Part shown: positions 12,547 through 25,270 of the stretch, one piece after another
How positions within the stretch are numbered: the stretch's first letter is position 1
How the letters are laid out: every line of letters begins with the position of its first letter
Source of the DNA: Octopus sinensis
Taxonomy: Eukaryota
Assembly (NCBI RefSeq): GCF_006345805.1
Contig: NC_042997.1
Coordinates: 179,552,001 to 179,616,000, forward strand
Reading direction: 5' to 3'
Length of the DNA: 64,000 nucleotides
Program-made: the position numbers and the translations under genes
The notes under the pieces: model-generated
What the model was told of the DNA's origin: nothing
Databases searched by the model: none
The model's input: only the letters and a program-made list of their open reading frames with translations

Positions 12547-14459
12547 AAAGGATTATTAATGTGTAAGAAATCCTCATCCTTTATAATATCCTTCTTGTCT
12601 GGAAATATATTCTAATGTTATGATTCTAGCAGCTGCAACTATGGAATTATATCAAGGCCATACTAAAATTTACAATCGTCATGATTTGTGATATTTTATA
12701 TTGAGCAAAACAAATTCATGGCTACATAATAAACGAAAAGCTTCTAAGTGAATTCTTTTAAGCGGTGATTTAACTTGATTTATTGTATCGCTGTCCTACA
12801 GTTCGAAGTCGTTGTCACTGTTGGAGATATCTTCTGTTGTTGGGAATTACTGAGTATTCGCTCTGTTAGGATCTGCCTGAAATTGTGCCTGTTCATATGA
12901 CACTGCTTCCCTCTGTCCATGTTAAGAAAACCACGACTGGCATTTAGTTATGTTATAATTATTATGTTATAATTATTATTGTAGATTGTACATCTAGCTT
13001 ATCCCAAATACAGCAAAAACAATACCGAAGCAAAATTTCTTCTAACTTCTTATTGATATGAAATACTTAGACAAATGATAGAAAACTAAGGCCACATTAT
13101 GTCGAACTGGATCCATTAATTCGGTTTCTAAAGTCGACTACAGTCATTTTAGGTCTCCAAAATCCCCATACTTAGCGAGGTTTCATACCCATGAATATCG
13201 CACATACACATTTTCTTCACATCAATAACATTATGACTGAAATTCTCAATTAACATATATATTTATTGTAAATGTTGTTTAAACTTAGGGGCGCTTTGAT
13301 TCAGCAGCCCAGTGGCACACAGGTAATCGACAGTTCAAGCTACTAGATGCAGTAACTATTTAATCTCTACCACTAGAATTCAAAAGTCACACCGCTCTAC
13401 TAGAATCGTTGGCGCATCGGATAAAGTGCCTCAAAATATTTGTTCTGACTCTTTGAGCTTTGACCTCAAATCCCATTGTCATACATTTTGCCATTCATCT
13501 CTTCTGATTACATTAAACAGAAAACAAAGACAAAACAAAACAAAAAAATATAAACAATATAATTTGTTTGCCTGTTTGTGCCGGCTCCTTTTGTAATAAG
13601 TTCGAGTTTCGAGATGGCCTTCTTCGTTGACAAATTAATCTCTCGCCCGTTATGATAACTTTATCTGACAGCTCGGGTGCTTTTATCGGAATCCCCTTTG
13701 TTGTAAGCATTTGGGTCAGTCCTTCCTTTTAAGGAAGTCTTTTTTTAAAATGTCATGATCATTGGTCGGTGTTTTCATGACTAAAGGATAAAAATGATTC
13801 TAGAGAAGTAAATGGAATTTATACTTACAATATACCTTTCTTATGTTGCAAAAATGGTAAGCATTAACATATAATGGTGTTTTGCATAGCTGTTGGCAAA
13901 CTATTTATAACAAGTAGGGGCTACTATGTTGTTAAGTTCCAGATCAGCAATGATTAAACAGCTATGGCCAACGCCTTTGCAATCTTGAATCTTTAGCAGG
14001 TCCAGGAGCGATTTATCGTGCCTTGAAAATCCAGCAACACCATTGTTTCAACTCTTGATATGAAGCAAATTAGCAAAGCACACGTATTGGAAAGGTATTG
14101 ACACTTTTTCAATATCATATTTCTTTTCACTCAGAGGACATGAATTATCAAACACATGCCTCAAAACATGTTCAGATTAGAAATAAGGAATTCATAAGAA
14201 AATAAAATAGGAAGAGAAAGAATAATGCGAAAAAATATCGAGAAGGAAAAATTGTGTAATATGCTTTTCAGTAAGAGAAGAGAAGCATAGCAGGCGCTGC
14301 TGTTCTATAGCAGACAACGTTATATCCAAAGGAATAATTAGAAATCCATCAATATGTATAATGTATCATTTGCATACATACATACCGAACAGATTTAGGA
14401 AACCATTTGTTCAAAGCAGCAAAGAATTTTCCAGCGATCTTGGTTGAAACATACAAGTA

Positions 14460-14610
14460 CAACTCATTTTGGGGAGTGGAGCACCGTGAAATAAAGTGTC
14501 TTGCTCAAAGACACAACAGACCACTGGATAATATTATTCAGGTCACTGCCTGGAATTGAACTCGGATCTTGGGGTTAGTAGCCCGCGATCTTGATCACCA
14601 CACCATATGC
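14460..14610 (-). mobile_element. Degraded tRNA-derived SINE head with CORE-like middle
   Basis: Reverse complement reads tggtgtggtg...gagttcaattcc...gtgtctttgagcaagacactttatttcac. Confidence 0.6.
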
Positions 14611-14639
14611 TGACGTGCAATTATGGAGTGAATTTTAGG

Positions 14640-15445
14640 GCTTATAAATCTAATATTTTCCTTTCCTTCATTAATACCGGTTCCCATATGCTATTCATAG
14701 TTGCGCTGAGTCTGCTTTGGAGGTTGCTGTGTCCTAGCATATGTGCTGCTTCTTTTAGATTTCGTAATTTCCAGTGGTGTTCTCTGCCTATTATTTTAAC
14801 TTCATCCCACAGGGGGAGGTGGTCTCTATTTTTCCATACATCATCAGCTCTATCCGATTTATCAATATCTTCTCGTGTCACAACTTTGCGAAGTTACTCT
14901 ACGCTTATTTTGAGGGGGCACATGTTTCGCCTTTGTATAACCTACCACAGCTGCATGGCATGGAGTACACGCAGTTCTTAGTCATATTCTCTTCTATTGG
15001 TAGTTTTACTCGAAGGAGATATTTGCGAAGTGTTGTATTACACTTGTATACTGTCCTGATGTCATATGGGCGGCATATCTTTTGTATTTTTTTGGAGAGG
15101 CCTTTCACATAGAGTAGACAGACTGTAGACAGTTAATTGGTTTCATCCTCTCTTTTCTTTATAATTGGAGCAGATAGTATGTTTTGGAGGTAGTTGTTGC
15201 TTAATAGATTGTTGCTGAGCTTGATCATTTCTTCGTGGTGTGTATCATGATCGCTATTTATATTCTTTGCTTGATATTTTAGGCACTGAGCAGTTCCTCT
15301 TTTACACTGTAAGGATGATAGTGATTAAAGTTAAGGTGTCGTCCAGTGAAGGTCGGCTTGCGGTATACGGATATCCTGAACCCATACTTAGTGCGTGTTA
15401 TTAATACATCTAGGAACGCTGGCTGACTTTCCTTTTTTTTTTCTT
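14640..15445 (-). mobile_element. Penelope-like retroelement fragment: RT C-terminus plus GIY-YIG endonuclease, decayed
   Basis: In-frame AFLDVLITRTKYGFRISVYRKPTFTGRHLNFNHYHPYSVK (FLDV 15416-15405, VYRKPT 15368-15351). Then YVKGLSKKIQKIC...CVYSMPCSCGRLYKGET (ORF 14905-15108) and HLPLWDEVKIIGRE..LRNLKEA (ORF 14642-14881). Confidence 0.9.
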
Positions 15446-16171
15446 GATCCAAGAACATTAAGATCCGGAATAAACACTACAAAACATGTATTCCGACCAA
15501 ATCTATTGACAATATCAGCAATCCTCTTAAATAACGAAAGTAGATATTGGATACGGTAAAGATACATAATATCTTTAACAAGACAGGGTGGTCAGTGCTG
15601 GAATGTTCCTATCGTAGGTCCGCTTTAACAGAAACTATGCGGTACTGAACGTTTGCGACAATAACAAGAATAACATCAAATCAGCTAAAAGTGGGCATGA
15701 TTCTGCCTCGGACGACTCACGTATCGGTGCTAGCAATTTATGTTCAATCCACACGCTACAGTTTTAAAAACAGTACGTGATGGTCATACATAGAACACAT
15801 TCTAGCTTCGGTTGCTCAAACATGTCCAACAGAGAGATAAGCTGCAGAGGCAAGAACAGCAGAAACAACTAGAACAACTTCAAAAATAGCAACGACATCG
15901 TTAGTAATAGTGATAGAAAAATAATGATGATAAAACTGCATCGTTACGGCAGTTGTGATTTACATTCTATGGTAACAGATGGCGTGGTTTATTTATATAT
16001 GAATATTTGCTGTCAAAGCTCACACTGACACAGCCACACTCAATACAAACACGAGCATACACACACACACACACATAAGAGCGCGCGCACTATATTGTAA
16101 TATCAAAGTCAGTAATGCTGAAATCTCACCGAGTATACACACACATATATGTGTGTGTATATATATATATT

Positions 16172-16554
16172 GTGGAGGCGCAATGGCCCAGTGGTTAGGG
16201 CAGCGGACTCGCGGTCATAGGATCGCGGTTTCGATTCCCAGACCGGGCGTTGTGAGTGTTTATTGAGCGAAAACACCTAAAGCTCCACGAGGCTCCGGCA
16301 GGGGATGGTGGTGATCCCTGCTGTACTCTTTCACCACAACTTTCTCTCACTCTTACTTCCTGTTTCTGTTGTACCTGTATTTCAAAGGGCCGGCCTTGTC
16401 ACTCTATGTGTCACGCTGAATATCCCCGAGAACTACGTTAAGGGTACACGTGTCTGTGGAGTGCTCAGCCACTTACACGTTAATTTCACGAGCAGGCTGT
16501 TCCGTTGATTCGGATCAACCGGAACCCTCATCGTCGTAACCGACGGAGTGCTTC
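16172..16554 (+). mobile_element. tRNA-derived SINE family B, full length
   Basis: A box tggcccagtgg, B box gtttcgattccc. Body shared with the copies at 27.5, 28.0, 32.5 and 62.7 kb. Confidence 0.9.
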
Positions 16555-16571
16555 TAAGAATATATATATAT

Positions 16572-16609
<38 letters not shown>

Positions 16610-16619
<10 letters not shown>

Positions 16620-16778
16620 TATTAGAGACAAAACCACTATTTTGCAAAACAAACAAGGAAAGACTTAATCAATACATAAAATTTTAATAAATAGTCAATT
16701 TTAAAATTTTATGTATTGATTAAGTCTTTCCTTGTTTGTTTTGCAAAATAGTGGTTTTGTCTCTAATAATATTTTATA
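16610..16778. repeat. Perfect fold-back palindrome (78-bp arms, 13-nt loop) attached to (TA)n
   Basis: Arms 16610-16687 and 16701-16778 are exact reverse complements by eye. The + arm continues as unique sequence to (TA)n at about 16860. Confidence 0.95.
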
Positions 16779-16854
16779 ATATTTTACTATAAAATCGATT
16801 TAATCCTAAATCTGATTTTTTCCCTGTAAATTTGGATTTATTCCCTAATATTTA

Positions 16855-16891
<37 letters not shown>

Positions 16892-16933
16892 TACATGCAT
16901 GCATATATATATGTATATATGTATGTATATATG

Positions 16934-17157
16934 AACGAGGGTGTACTGAAAAGTCCAGGCTTTGGGTATTTGTGTAAGAAATATAGGGGAATCAGTTATT
17001 ATGATTTTGTTCGACGTATTCCCTTCTCAGATTCACACAAATATTGCAGTAATCTTTTAGGTTCTCTAAGCCTTGTAGAAGAATTTGGAACGTTGGGCAT
17101 CCAACCAGGCCTTTCGTGATACCACTAAAGCCAAGAACTTTTCAGCACCACCTCGTA
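16934..17157. mobile_element. Mariner-derived MITE (about 225 bp)
   Basis: Left aacgagggtgtactgaaaagt (from 16934) versus reverse complement of right tacgaggtggtgctgaaaagt (to 17157). No ORF. Confidence 0.7.
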
Positions 17158-17897
17158 CATACATAAACACATGCATACACACATCCATACATACATATAT
17201 ACATACACACATAACACACACACACATGCATACATACATACATACATACATACATACATACATACATACATACATACATACATACATTCGAAGACTACAG
17301 ATCCAATCCATCACTGGAACTGTAAAAATCTGTGAAACTTTCCAGAATTTTATCATTTAAATGTATATGAGCATGCCTAGATATGCAACTATAGGCATGA
17401 GAATACATACATTAAACATACGAATCTGCACATACAAAATTACATACATATATATACATACAAAAATAATAAGGAACAGAAATACCCTGTTGTTGATGTT
17501 GAAATTCCAATGAAAGAGCCTTGGATCTAGGTTAGAAACCGATTCTTTCTCTATTGGAAAGAACTGTTGAAATGCATGCATGAGCTATGGATATATATAT
17601 ATGTTTACGAATTTATAGATTTCATTGCAACCACGTGTATGCCACTCAAATTCCAGTCGTTGGTACCTTGACCAAGTTTTTGTTCTTGGTCAATAGAAGT
17701 TTGACGAATAATAAATTTCTAGAGATGAAGAAGTTGTAAAGGTCTGTTCTATATATATGATATTGGTAAGTTGACATTGGATAAAAAAATCGAGGCTAAT
17801 GGAAGAATGAAGCCGCAATGTAGCAGTGTATGAAGCCCTCCAGCATTGTGATCTATAAAAGGATATAACGATACATGTATGTGTGTGCTTTTGTGCA

Positions 17898-17941
<44 letters not shown>

Positions 17942-18049
17942 CGTGCGTGCGTGTGTGTGTGTGTTAGTGTGTGTATGCGCACTATATATTGACATACATA
18001 CACATGTGCAAAAACGGAAAACTTGTCAGATTTATAGGAAAAATACACA

Positions 18050-18462
18050 GACGCAGGAGTGGCTGTGTGGTAAGTAGCTTGCTAACCAACCACATGGTTC
18101 CGGGTTCAGTCCCACTGCGTGGCACTTTGGGCAAGTGTCTTCTACTATAGCCTCGGGCCGACCAATGCCTTGTGAGTGGATTTGGTAGACGGAAACTGAA
18201 AGAAGCCCGTCGTATATATGTATATATATATACGTGTGTGTGTTTGTGTGAATGTGCTTGTCCCCCTAGCATTGCTTGACAACCGATGCTGGTGTGTTTA
18301 TGTCCCCGTTACCTAGCGGTTCGGCAAAAGAGACCGATAGAATAAGTACTGGGCTTACAAAAGAATAAGTCCCGGGGTCGAGTTGCTCGATTTAAGGCGG
18401 TGCTCCAGCATGGCCGCAGTCAAATGACTGAAACAAGTAAAAGAGTAAAAGGAGTAAAAGAG
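18050..18462 (+). mobile_element. tRNA-derived SINE family A, full length
   Basis: A box tggctgtgtgg, B box ggttcagtccc, internal (TA/TG)n, tail (gtaaaaga)n. Nearly collinear with 57589-58010 and 58288-58713. Confidence 0.9.
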
Positions 18463-19293
18463 AGAGACGCACACATTGTCTGTATGTCTGTCTGTCTGTC
18501 TGTCTGTTCGTCCGTCGGTCTGTATGTCTGTCTGTCTGTCTGTCCGTCTATCTGTCTGTCTGTTTATCTGTCAGTCTTTCTATGTATCTCTATGTATCTA
18601 TACATCATACATACGCACACACACACACATATGTAAATAAATGCAAACATTCTTATATAAATATATATTTATACATACGCGTCTATGGATGTACAGATGA
18701 AAATGTGCGTCGGTTTATGTGTACCGAGGTATAAAGAAATAGATAGATAGATAGATAGATAGATTGACAAAAAGATATATCAAATGCGAGTAAGTGTGTA
18801 AGAAGGGGAGAGAGAGATAAAGAGTGCAAATGCAGTGAGAGAAATAGAAAAGGAGAAAGGAATGAACATAGCAATGCAGCCAACTTTAGATATCCTTCAG
18901 TAATTTTCAATGTTCTTGAAGATGTTTTTTCAACCTGAATAACTAAGTGTGCACATACTCTCATGCAAGTAGAGAAAAAAAAATTATGATGCACTCTGTC
19001 ACAGAGATGCATGTTTAGCTGATACACATGTTAAAAGTTATACGTCGACAGATTTCAAATCCACGTATATACAGACGCACGCGCCTATTTGAAAAGATAT
19101 TTCTATAAATGCATCTTGACAGGTATATTATAAAATTGCAGTTGCCGTATATGTGGATCAATGGAGGTTTTGAACGATTGTTTAATATCAATATTATCAA
19201 TGGTAAAGCATCCAGATAGATTCACCAGTACATTTACAGTTCATTCTGCGACTATATATCTGTGTATATATGTGTAATATCTGTGTGTATGTG

Positions 19294-19615
<322 letters not shown>

Positions 19616-19710
19616 GTATCTACTTATATATAAGTAGATACATATATGTGTGTGTGTGTGCATGTGTGTGCATATGTGTGCATTTATATATGTATGTATG
19701 CAGTTATATA

Positions 19711-20070
19711 TCTCTCTCTATACAAACGGCAGTTTGTCTGTGCGTTTTCTGTGTTTTTCTGTTTTCTCGTACCCTCACTCTGATGAAACTTGACACACAC
19801 ATAGCCCAATGTTATAATTCAAAACTAACGCAGCGAAAATTTTGAAAAGTTCCCCCAGTTCTGAAAAAAATCGATAAATTCGACATGGGGTCGAGAATCA
19901 GAAACCCAAACCACAGACCGTCTAGGGGACGCAACTCCACCTTTTTTAACTCTCAAAAAAATTTACCATCATTTTTTTTCCATTTTTTTGCTATTTTTTG
20001 GCTATAACTCTAAAAATGCTTTATAGTTATTTCCCTTACAAACCTGAGCAACGCCGGGCGATAATGCTAG
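19711..20070 (+). mobile_element. Non-autonomous Helitron (360 bp)
   Basis: Starts TC after A (19710|19711) and ends CTAG (20067-20070) before T. Subterminal hairpin cctg-agcaacgc-cggg at 20043-20058. No TSD. Confidence 0.8.
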
Positions 20071-20207
20071 TATATATATATATGTATATATACACACACA
20101 TACACACACACACATATATATATAATATATACATCTATTGTCTTTCCTCCATCTCACTATTTTGTATCCCATCTAAACTAACTATTACTTAACCATCCTC
20201 TCACACC

Positions 20208-20259
20208 GTCTCCGATGATGGGATATAATTAATAAATATCCTGGAAACAGCTGTAAGAC
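20208..20259 (+). ncRNA. Minimal type I hammerhead motif, CCGA core variant, in a pseudo-LTR-like module ending in (TA)n
   Basis: GUCU-CCGAUGA-U-GGGAUAU-(9-nt loop)-AUAUCCU-G-GAAA-CAGCUG-U-A-AGAC. Perfect palindrome ACAGCUGU (20247-20254), GUA triplet, stem I GUCU/AGAC. Confidence 0.8.
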
Positions 20260-20359
20260 CTTCTATATATAAATGTTCTAATATCTACACAGCCTTGTTT
20301 TTTTATCTCATTACGCAAAAAATTCTGATATATATATATATATGTGTGTGTGTGTGTTA

Positions 20360-20560
20360 GAAGTTGTTTGTATTTTTGTGACTTCAGGGGAAATTTGGAG
20401 ATTGTCTCAATATATGTGTCCAGATATTTGTCACTTCCCTTGTAGGGGGTGAAGTGGGATTTCTTTTTGACTATAGACTCGTCCTCAAAATCCTTATTTC
20501 CTAAGAAATCTAGAAGTCGTACGCGACGGCTGTAGTGTTCCACATCCGATTTCAGTTCGA
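20360..20560 (-). mobile_element. Penelope-like ORF N-terminal fragment
   Basis: HYSRRVRLLDFLG...KKKSHFTPYKGSDKYLDTYIETI matches the RRxRLxxFF...SxFTP...DxxLDxYI pattern I recall from PLE N-termini. Confidence 0.65.
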
Positions 20561-20571
20561 TTCAGTTCATA

Positions 20572-20860
20572 TATATAAACTTAGATAAACTTAGATATGT
20601 TTCGACCAATGGTTGGTCCAGGCCATGTCTAACTTAATAGCACCACCTGATAGGATTAATTGAATCCTGTTTAAGTCAAGTTTTGTTTGTGGTCCATTCA
20701 AGTAGTGAGTTTTTGTTGGGTGAGTTGTATCCAAATATGGGTGGCTTATCTGGTATTCCTGGGAGGAATCTATCCAGACTCCGTTTAAAATTGATGGGAT
20801 CCTGTTCCTCTTTGATCTCTTTCGGGACATAGAAAAAAACACCTTTTATCTATTCAAAAT
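20572..20860 (-). mobile_element. 3' end of a CR1/L2-group LINE (ORF2 C-terminus and 3' UTR)
   Basis: Frame 20840-20676 reads VFFYVPKEIKEEQDPINFKRSLDRFLPGIPDKPPIFGYNSPNKNSLLEWTTNKT*. The 3' UTR has a hairpin (gacc/ggtc) and a short tandem tail (tctaagttta x2). Confidence 0.7.
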
Positions 20861-21696
20861 GAACAATTAAATTACACCATCTAGAAAATTACATATAATA
20901 GAAATATTAAAATTAAAATAGCAATAAAAATGTCAATGATTAAGTAAATTGCAAAAAATAATAATAAAAACGTATACAATAGGTTTTATATATATATATA
21001 TATATATTTGCATAAACACACAGGCATTCATTTATACATGGACGAGTACACACAAGCAGACATCACACATATAGATGCACATACACATATATGTGAGCTG
21101 CCTCGTCCGACCTACGAACATTCACAACTAATTTTAGACCTACTAATAAACGTACATTCTATCAACTACATATTTTCATTCCTATGGACTTACACACATG
21201 CGTGTGAAATACCTGCATGCAAATACGCACAAACGCGCACACACATAATCATATACAATTATAGACACATATACACGTACACACGCTCGAGTAAGCACGC
21301 ACGTATACGTATCGATCGATACCTCCCTCTCTCTCCATCTATCTAAATATCTTTTCTTTCATCCATTCATCAATCCATCAATTCATCAATTCATACACTC
21401 CACTCCGCACCACTCACTCATAGGAGGGGATATCCCCATGGCACGTGTTCAGAGACGAAGATGTAGCTTAATTAGATTGTGTCGTAACGGCAGCTTCGAC
21501 GTCACGAGATCTAACACGGAGAACGTCGATGATGATTGATTTTCCTCCAACTGTTGGCCGTTCGTTATGTTGTTTTCATTGTTTAGTTCTATTTCGAACG
21601 GACATATGACAAGTGTTCCAGTCGTGAAAGGTCATTTAGTTTCTTTTTAGCCATGGTGTATCAAGTCATATATTTAATGGTATTTATTATTCCAGC

Positions 21697-22112
21697 AAGG
21701 CGGCGAGCGGGCAGGAACGGTAGTATGCCGGGCGAAATGCGTAGCCGTATTTCGTCTGCGTTACGTTCTGAGTTCAAATTCCGCCGCGGTCGACTTTGCC
21801 TTTCATCCTTTCGGACGCGATTAAATAAGTACAAGTTACGCACTGGGATCGATATAATCGCCTTAATCCGTTTGTCTGTCCTTGCTTGTTCTCTCTGTGT
21901 TTGGCCCCGTGTAGGTTGTAAAGAAATAAATATTTCGTCTGCCGTTACGTTCTGAGTTCAAATTCCGCCGAGGTCGACTTTGCCTTTCATCCTTTCGGGG
22001 TCGATAAATTAATTACCAGTTAGGCACTGGGGTCGATATAATCGACTTCATCCATGTGTCTGTCTTTGTTTGTCCTCTCTGCGTTTGGCCCCGTGTGGGT
22101 AGTAAAGAAATA
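21697..22112 (+). mobile_element. SINE family D: full copy plus tandem 5'-truncated copy inside one 18-bp TSD
   Basis: B box gagttcaaattcc. The second unit restarts at tatttcgtctgccg (about 21932). TSD ggtattta(t/c)tattccagc at 21679-21696 and 22113-22130. Confidence 0.85.
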
Positions 22113-22299
22113 GGTATTTACTATTCCAGCTCTTAGAATCTAAAGTATGGATTTTAAGAACATTTTTACTGCTGTTTCTTGCTTGACGTTCTACCACTTA
22201 GGAGACTCGGTATTGTAGTTGTTGTCGCCGAAGTTGTTTTCATTTCTTCGTCTACCATAAGTTTTATAAGCATCACTGCGTCCCCATCACTACCACCAT

Positions 22300-22387
22300 C
22301 ACCACCACCAGAAAAAAAAAGCTACAATAACAACAATAGCAAAATCAACAACCGCGACTACGACTACCACTACCACTGCTGCTGCTG

Positions 22388-22452
<65 letters not shown>

Positions 22453-22744
22453 ACTACTACTACTACTACTATATCAGCCCAAACCATCATCCAGAAAAAA
22501 ACTACAATAACAACATCAAGAAGAACACTAGCAAAATCAACAACTACGACTACAACTACTACCACAACCAGCACCACCAAACCATTCATGCTCGTGGTGG
22601 TGATGGTGGTACTACTACTGCTGCTATTACTACTACTACTACTACTACTACTGCTCATGCTGCTGCAGCTACTACTACTACTATTACTATTACTACTACT
22701 ACTACTACTACTACTGCTCATGCTGCTGCAGCTACTACTACTAT

Positions 22745-22834
<90 letters not shown>

Positions 22835-22970
22835 ATCAGCCCAAATCATCAACTCGCGCTCCAACAACAACAAAAAGGGTAATACACACACACATCAGTA
22901 TTATCGCAAATGTAGATGCTGCTGCTTCTGCTGCCGCTGCCGCTGCTGCTACTGCAGTAGCAACTGCTGA
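22300..22970. repeat. (CTA)n/(CTG)n/(CAA)n trinucleotide mosaic
   Basis: Direct reading. Source of the poly-T/A/Y/L/V ORFs. Confidence 0.9.
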
Positions 22971-23726
22971 TGCTCATTGCTCTAACATAGACTAACGTTG
23001 CCATGGATATATGTTTTAGTTTGGGCGATTGCGTGGCATAATATAAGGTAAGAGCAATGGAGAAGTTGCAGTGTTTTGAAATTCAGAAATTGCTCCGAGC
23101 TCAAATAGCCGCTGGGGGGAAAAAATGTAGTTTTTTCAGATTTCTGAGGATACAATTAAAAGAAGTTTGTGGCGATAGACTGGAAAGGGTTTTCAGGTAT
23201 ATACTACTATCCCAATACACAGCGGCAGCGGCAGCAGTAGTAGCAATAGTAGTGGTCATCAAATTACTACAACTTGTACTATTAATATACAAGCATATAA
23301 AAGTATATTAATGTATGTGTGTATATATTTTCCTATATGTATATATATATATGTATTTGTACATGGGTATGTGTATAAAGACCATCTAGCTATTGGTCAG
23401 TCTGTCTACATCCCCCCACACTTGTATGTGAACGTTTATATATATATATATATTTTCCCAATTTCTATTCATGTATGTTATATTGTAATAATTACTGGTA
23501 TCTTTATATATTAATATATGTTATATTTTATATGTAAAACATATGTTATACATGTATGTATATTCTTGTAATTGTCATTTTAGTAAATAAATAAATAAGT
23601 TGACATAATATAATGTCTAAAAGTTGATGAACCACTTATTGATCCCCTCCATTTTTTATTGCTCTCTCTCTCCCCTCTCTCTCTCTCTCTCCCTCTCTTC
23701 CTATCTCTCTCTCTCTCCCTCTCTTC

Positions 23727-23760
<34 letters not shown>

Positions 23761-23860
23761 TATATATATATATACATATAAAGATACAAATATCAATAAT
23801 AAATAATAATATAAGTAGTTAGCAAGCATAAAATAATTATACAGGTCAAATTAATTTATA

Positions 23861-24144
23861 ATCAGGGTACAAGATATTTCACAGTACTGCTAGAAATAAG
23901 AGTCAAAACGGCTCAAAAACCACATTTATCATTTATACACACTGGTGAATTCGAGGAAATGAGTAAATATACAGCGAACTTACCAAAAACGATTGAAATC
24001 ATTGCGAGTTTTAATCTTTATTGGTAAGATGGCTTTATATTTATTCGTTTTCTCGAATTCACCACTGTGTATAAGTGATAACTGGTTTTTGAGCCGTTTT
24101 AAATCTTATTTCTAGCAATGATGTGTGCTATCTTGTACCTTGAT
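23861..24144. mobile_element. Old fold-back MITE-like element (about 135-bp imperfect arms)
   Basis: atcagggtacaagata...ctagaaataaga..aaaacggctcaaaaacca...gtgaattcgag versus ctcgaattcac...tggtttttgagccgtttt..tcttatttctag...tatcttgtaccttgat. Confidence 0.8.
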
Positions 24145-24529
24145 ACTAGATATACTTTTATAAAACATTAAACATGCATGTATGCATGTATATATATTAT
24201 ACACACACGTGTACATTCACACATCTTTGTTCATGGCCGATAGATCTATACTAAAACAAAGAAAACAGGTGGGGCAAATAACATTTTCACCTTTCATAGA
24301 AGTAGACTTGAGCCAAAAGTAGTGTTCGTATTTTATTTCTGAACGTTGAGATTTAGTCCCGCATACCTAGACCTGTGTATCAACTCTCTCTCTTTCTCTT
24401 TCTTTCTTTCTTTCTTTTTTCTTTGTCTCTCCTGTTCATCACAAAGAATGTTACAGATATTTTGTCATTCATGCAAACATCGTACGAGAGCGATAAAGTT
24501 AGGGTGGCCCGTGAATATTTTACCAGCCT

Positions 24530-25270
24530 TAAGTAAATATGGCAGTTGTAACTCTCCTCTTGAGGCAATATCCCACAATTTATTTGCAGTATCAGTGCTG
24601 ATACAAAAATTAGGGTCTGTTAAGGAATTCCGCTCCATAGATATTAAAACTTGCAAGATCCTGCCATCGACTGGAAACTTCAGTAGAAACAGTGATATCA
24701 ACAGGTTTAACCTAAGAAGATATGAAGGAGGTAGAGACTTGATATCAGTGCAGACAGGCTTCCAATGTCGTACAATATCTCTCAAACAGCGCCTGCTATA
24801 TTCTGCCGACATAAATATATAAACATAGTGCTGCAAAACGAAACACTACGAGTCGGCAGTGAGCTCCCTGGGAAGTGCCTCTCCCTGTTGACCTCCCAAT
24901 ACAACCTCAAAACATTTGGTTTAACACAACTCAAAGAAACCTTGAGTATGAAACGCTTAGCATACCGGGAAAAAAAACGATATGCACAGCTTCCTGGGAC
25001 GCATGACCGCTATATTACGTCATATTTTGAAGTCTAAGAGTTTACAATCAAAGAGCGGGAGAGTTAGTAAAATAACCTGAGACCAAAAGAAACAGTAAAG
25101 CATTTAGAACATAATATGCAGCCAAAAATATCGATTATGCCTCATTTTTGTGGAAGACATCATACATTTGATCAACAGCTGCCCCAATCTGTCATCAATC
25201 TTCTACCGCCTAAAGCAACATGACGTTGTCATTAAAACAATATACAATGACATCTGCCAAAAGGAAAAAA
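24530..25270 (+). mobile_element. R4/Dong-like (restriction-like endonuclease group) non-LTR retrotransposon fragment, decayed
   Basis: NLFAVSVL..IDIKTCKIL...SDINRFNLRRYEGGRDL (24637-24741; typical motif DRLYxxRxxGGRGL). CCHC knuckle remnant YRLC-x8-H-x4-C followed by KQHDVV (25129-25225). Confidence 0.8.

Noticed and set aside
12780-12930. Short open stretch on the minus strand (MDRGKQ...)
   Set aside because: Under 50 codons, no splice support and no recognisable motif.
13513-13710. 65-aa ORF, and a faint hammerhead-like string near 13600-13630
   Set aside because: No domain similarity recognised. The core reads UCAACGA and stems I and III do not pair.
20590-20630. GACC/GGUC stem followed by GAAAC on the minus strand
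   Set aside because: No CUGANGA upstream. It is better explained as the LINE 3' UTR hairpin.
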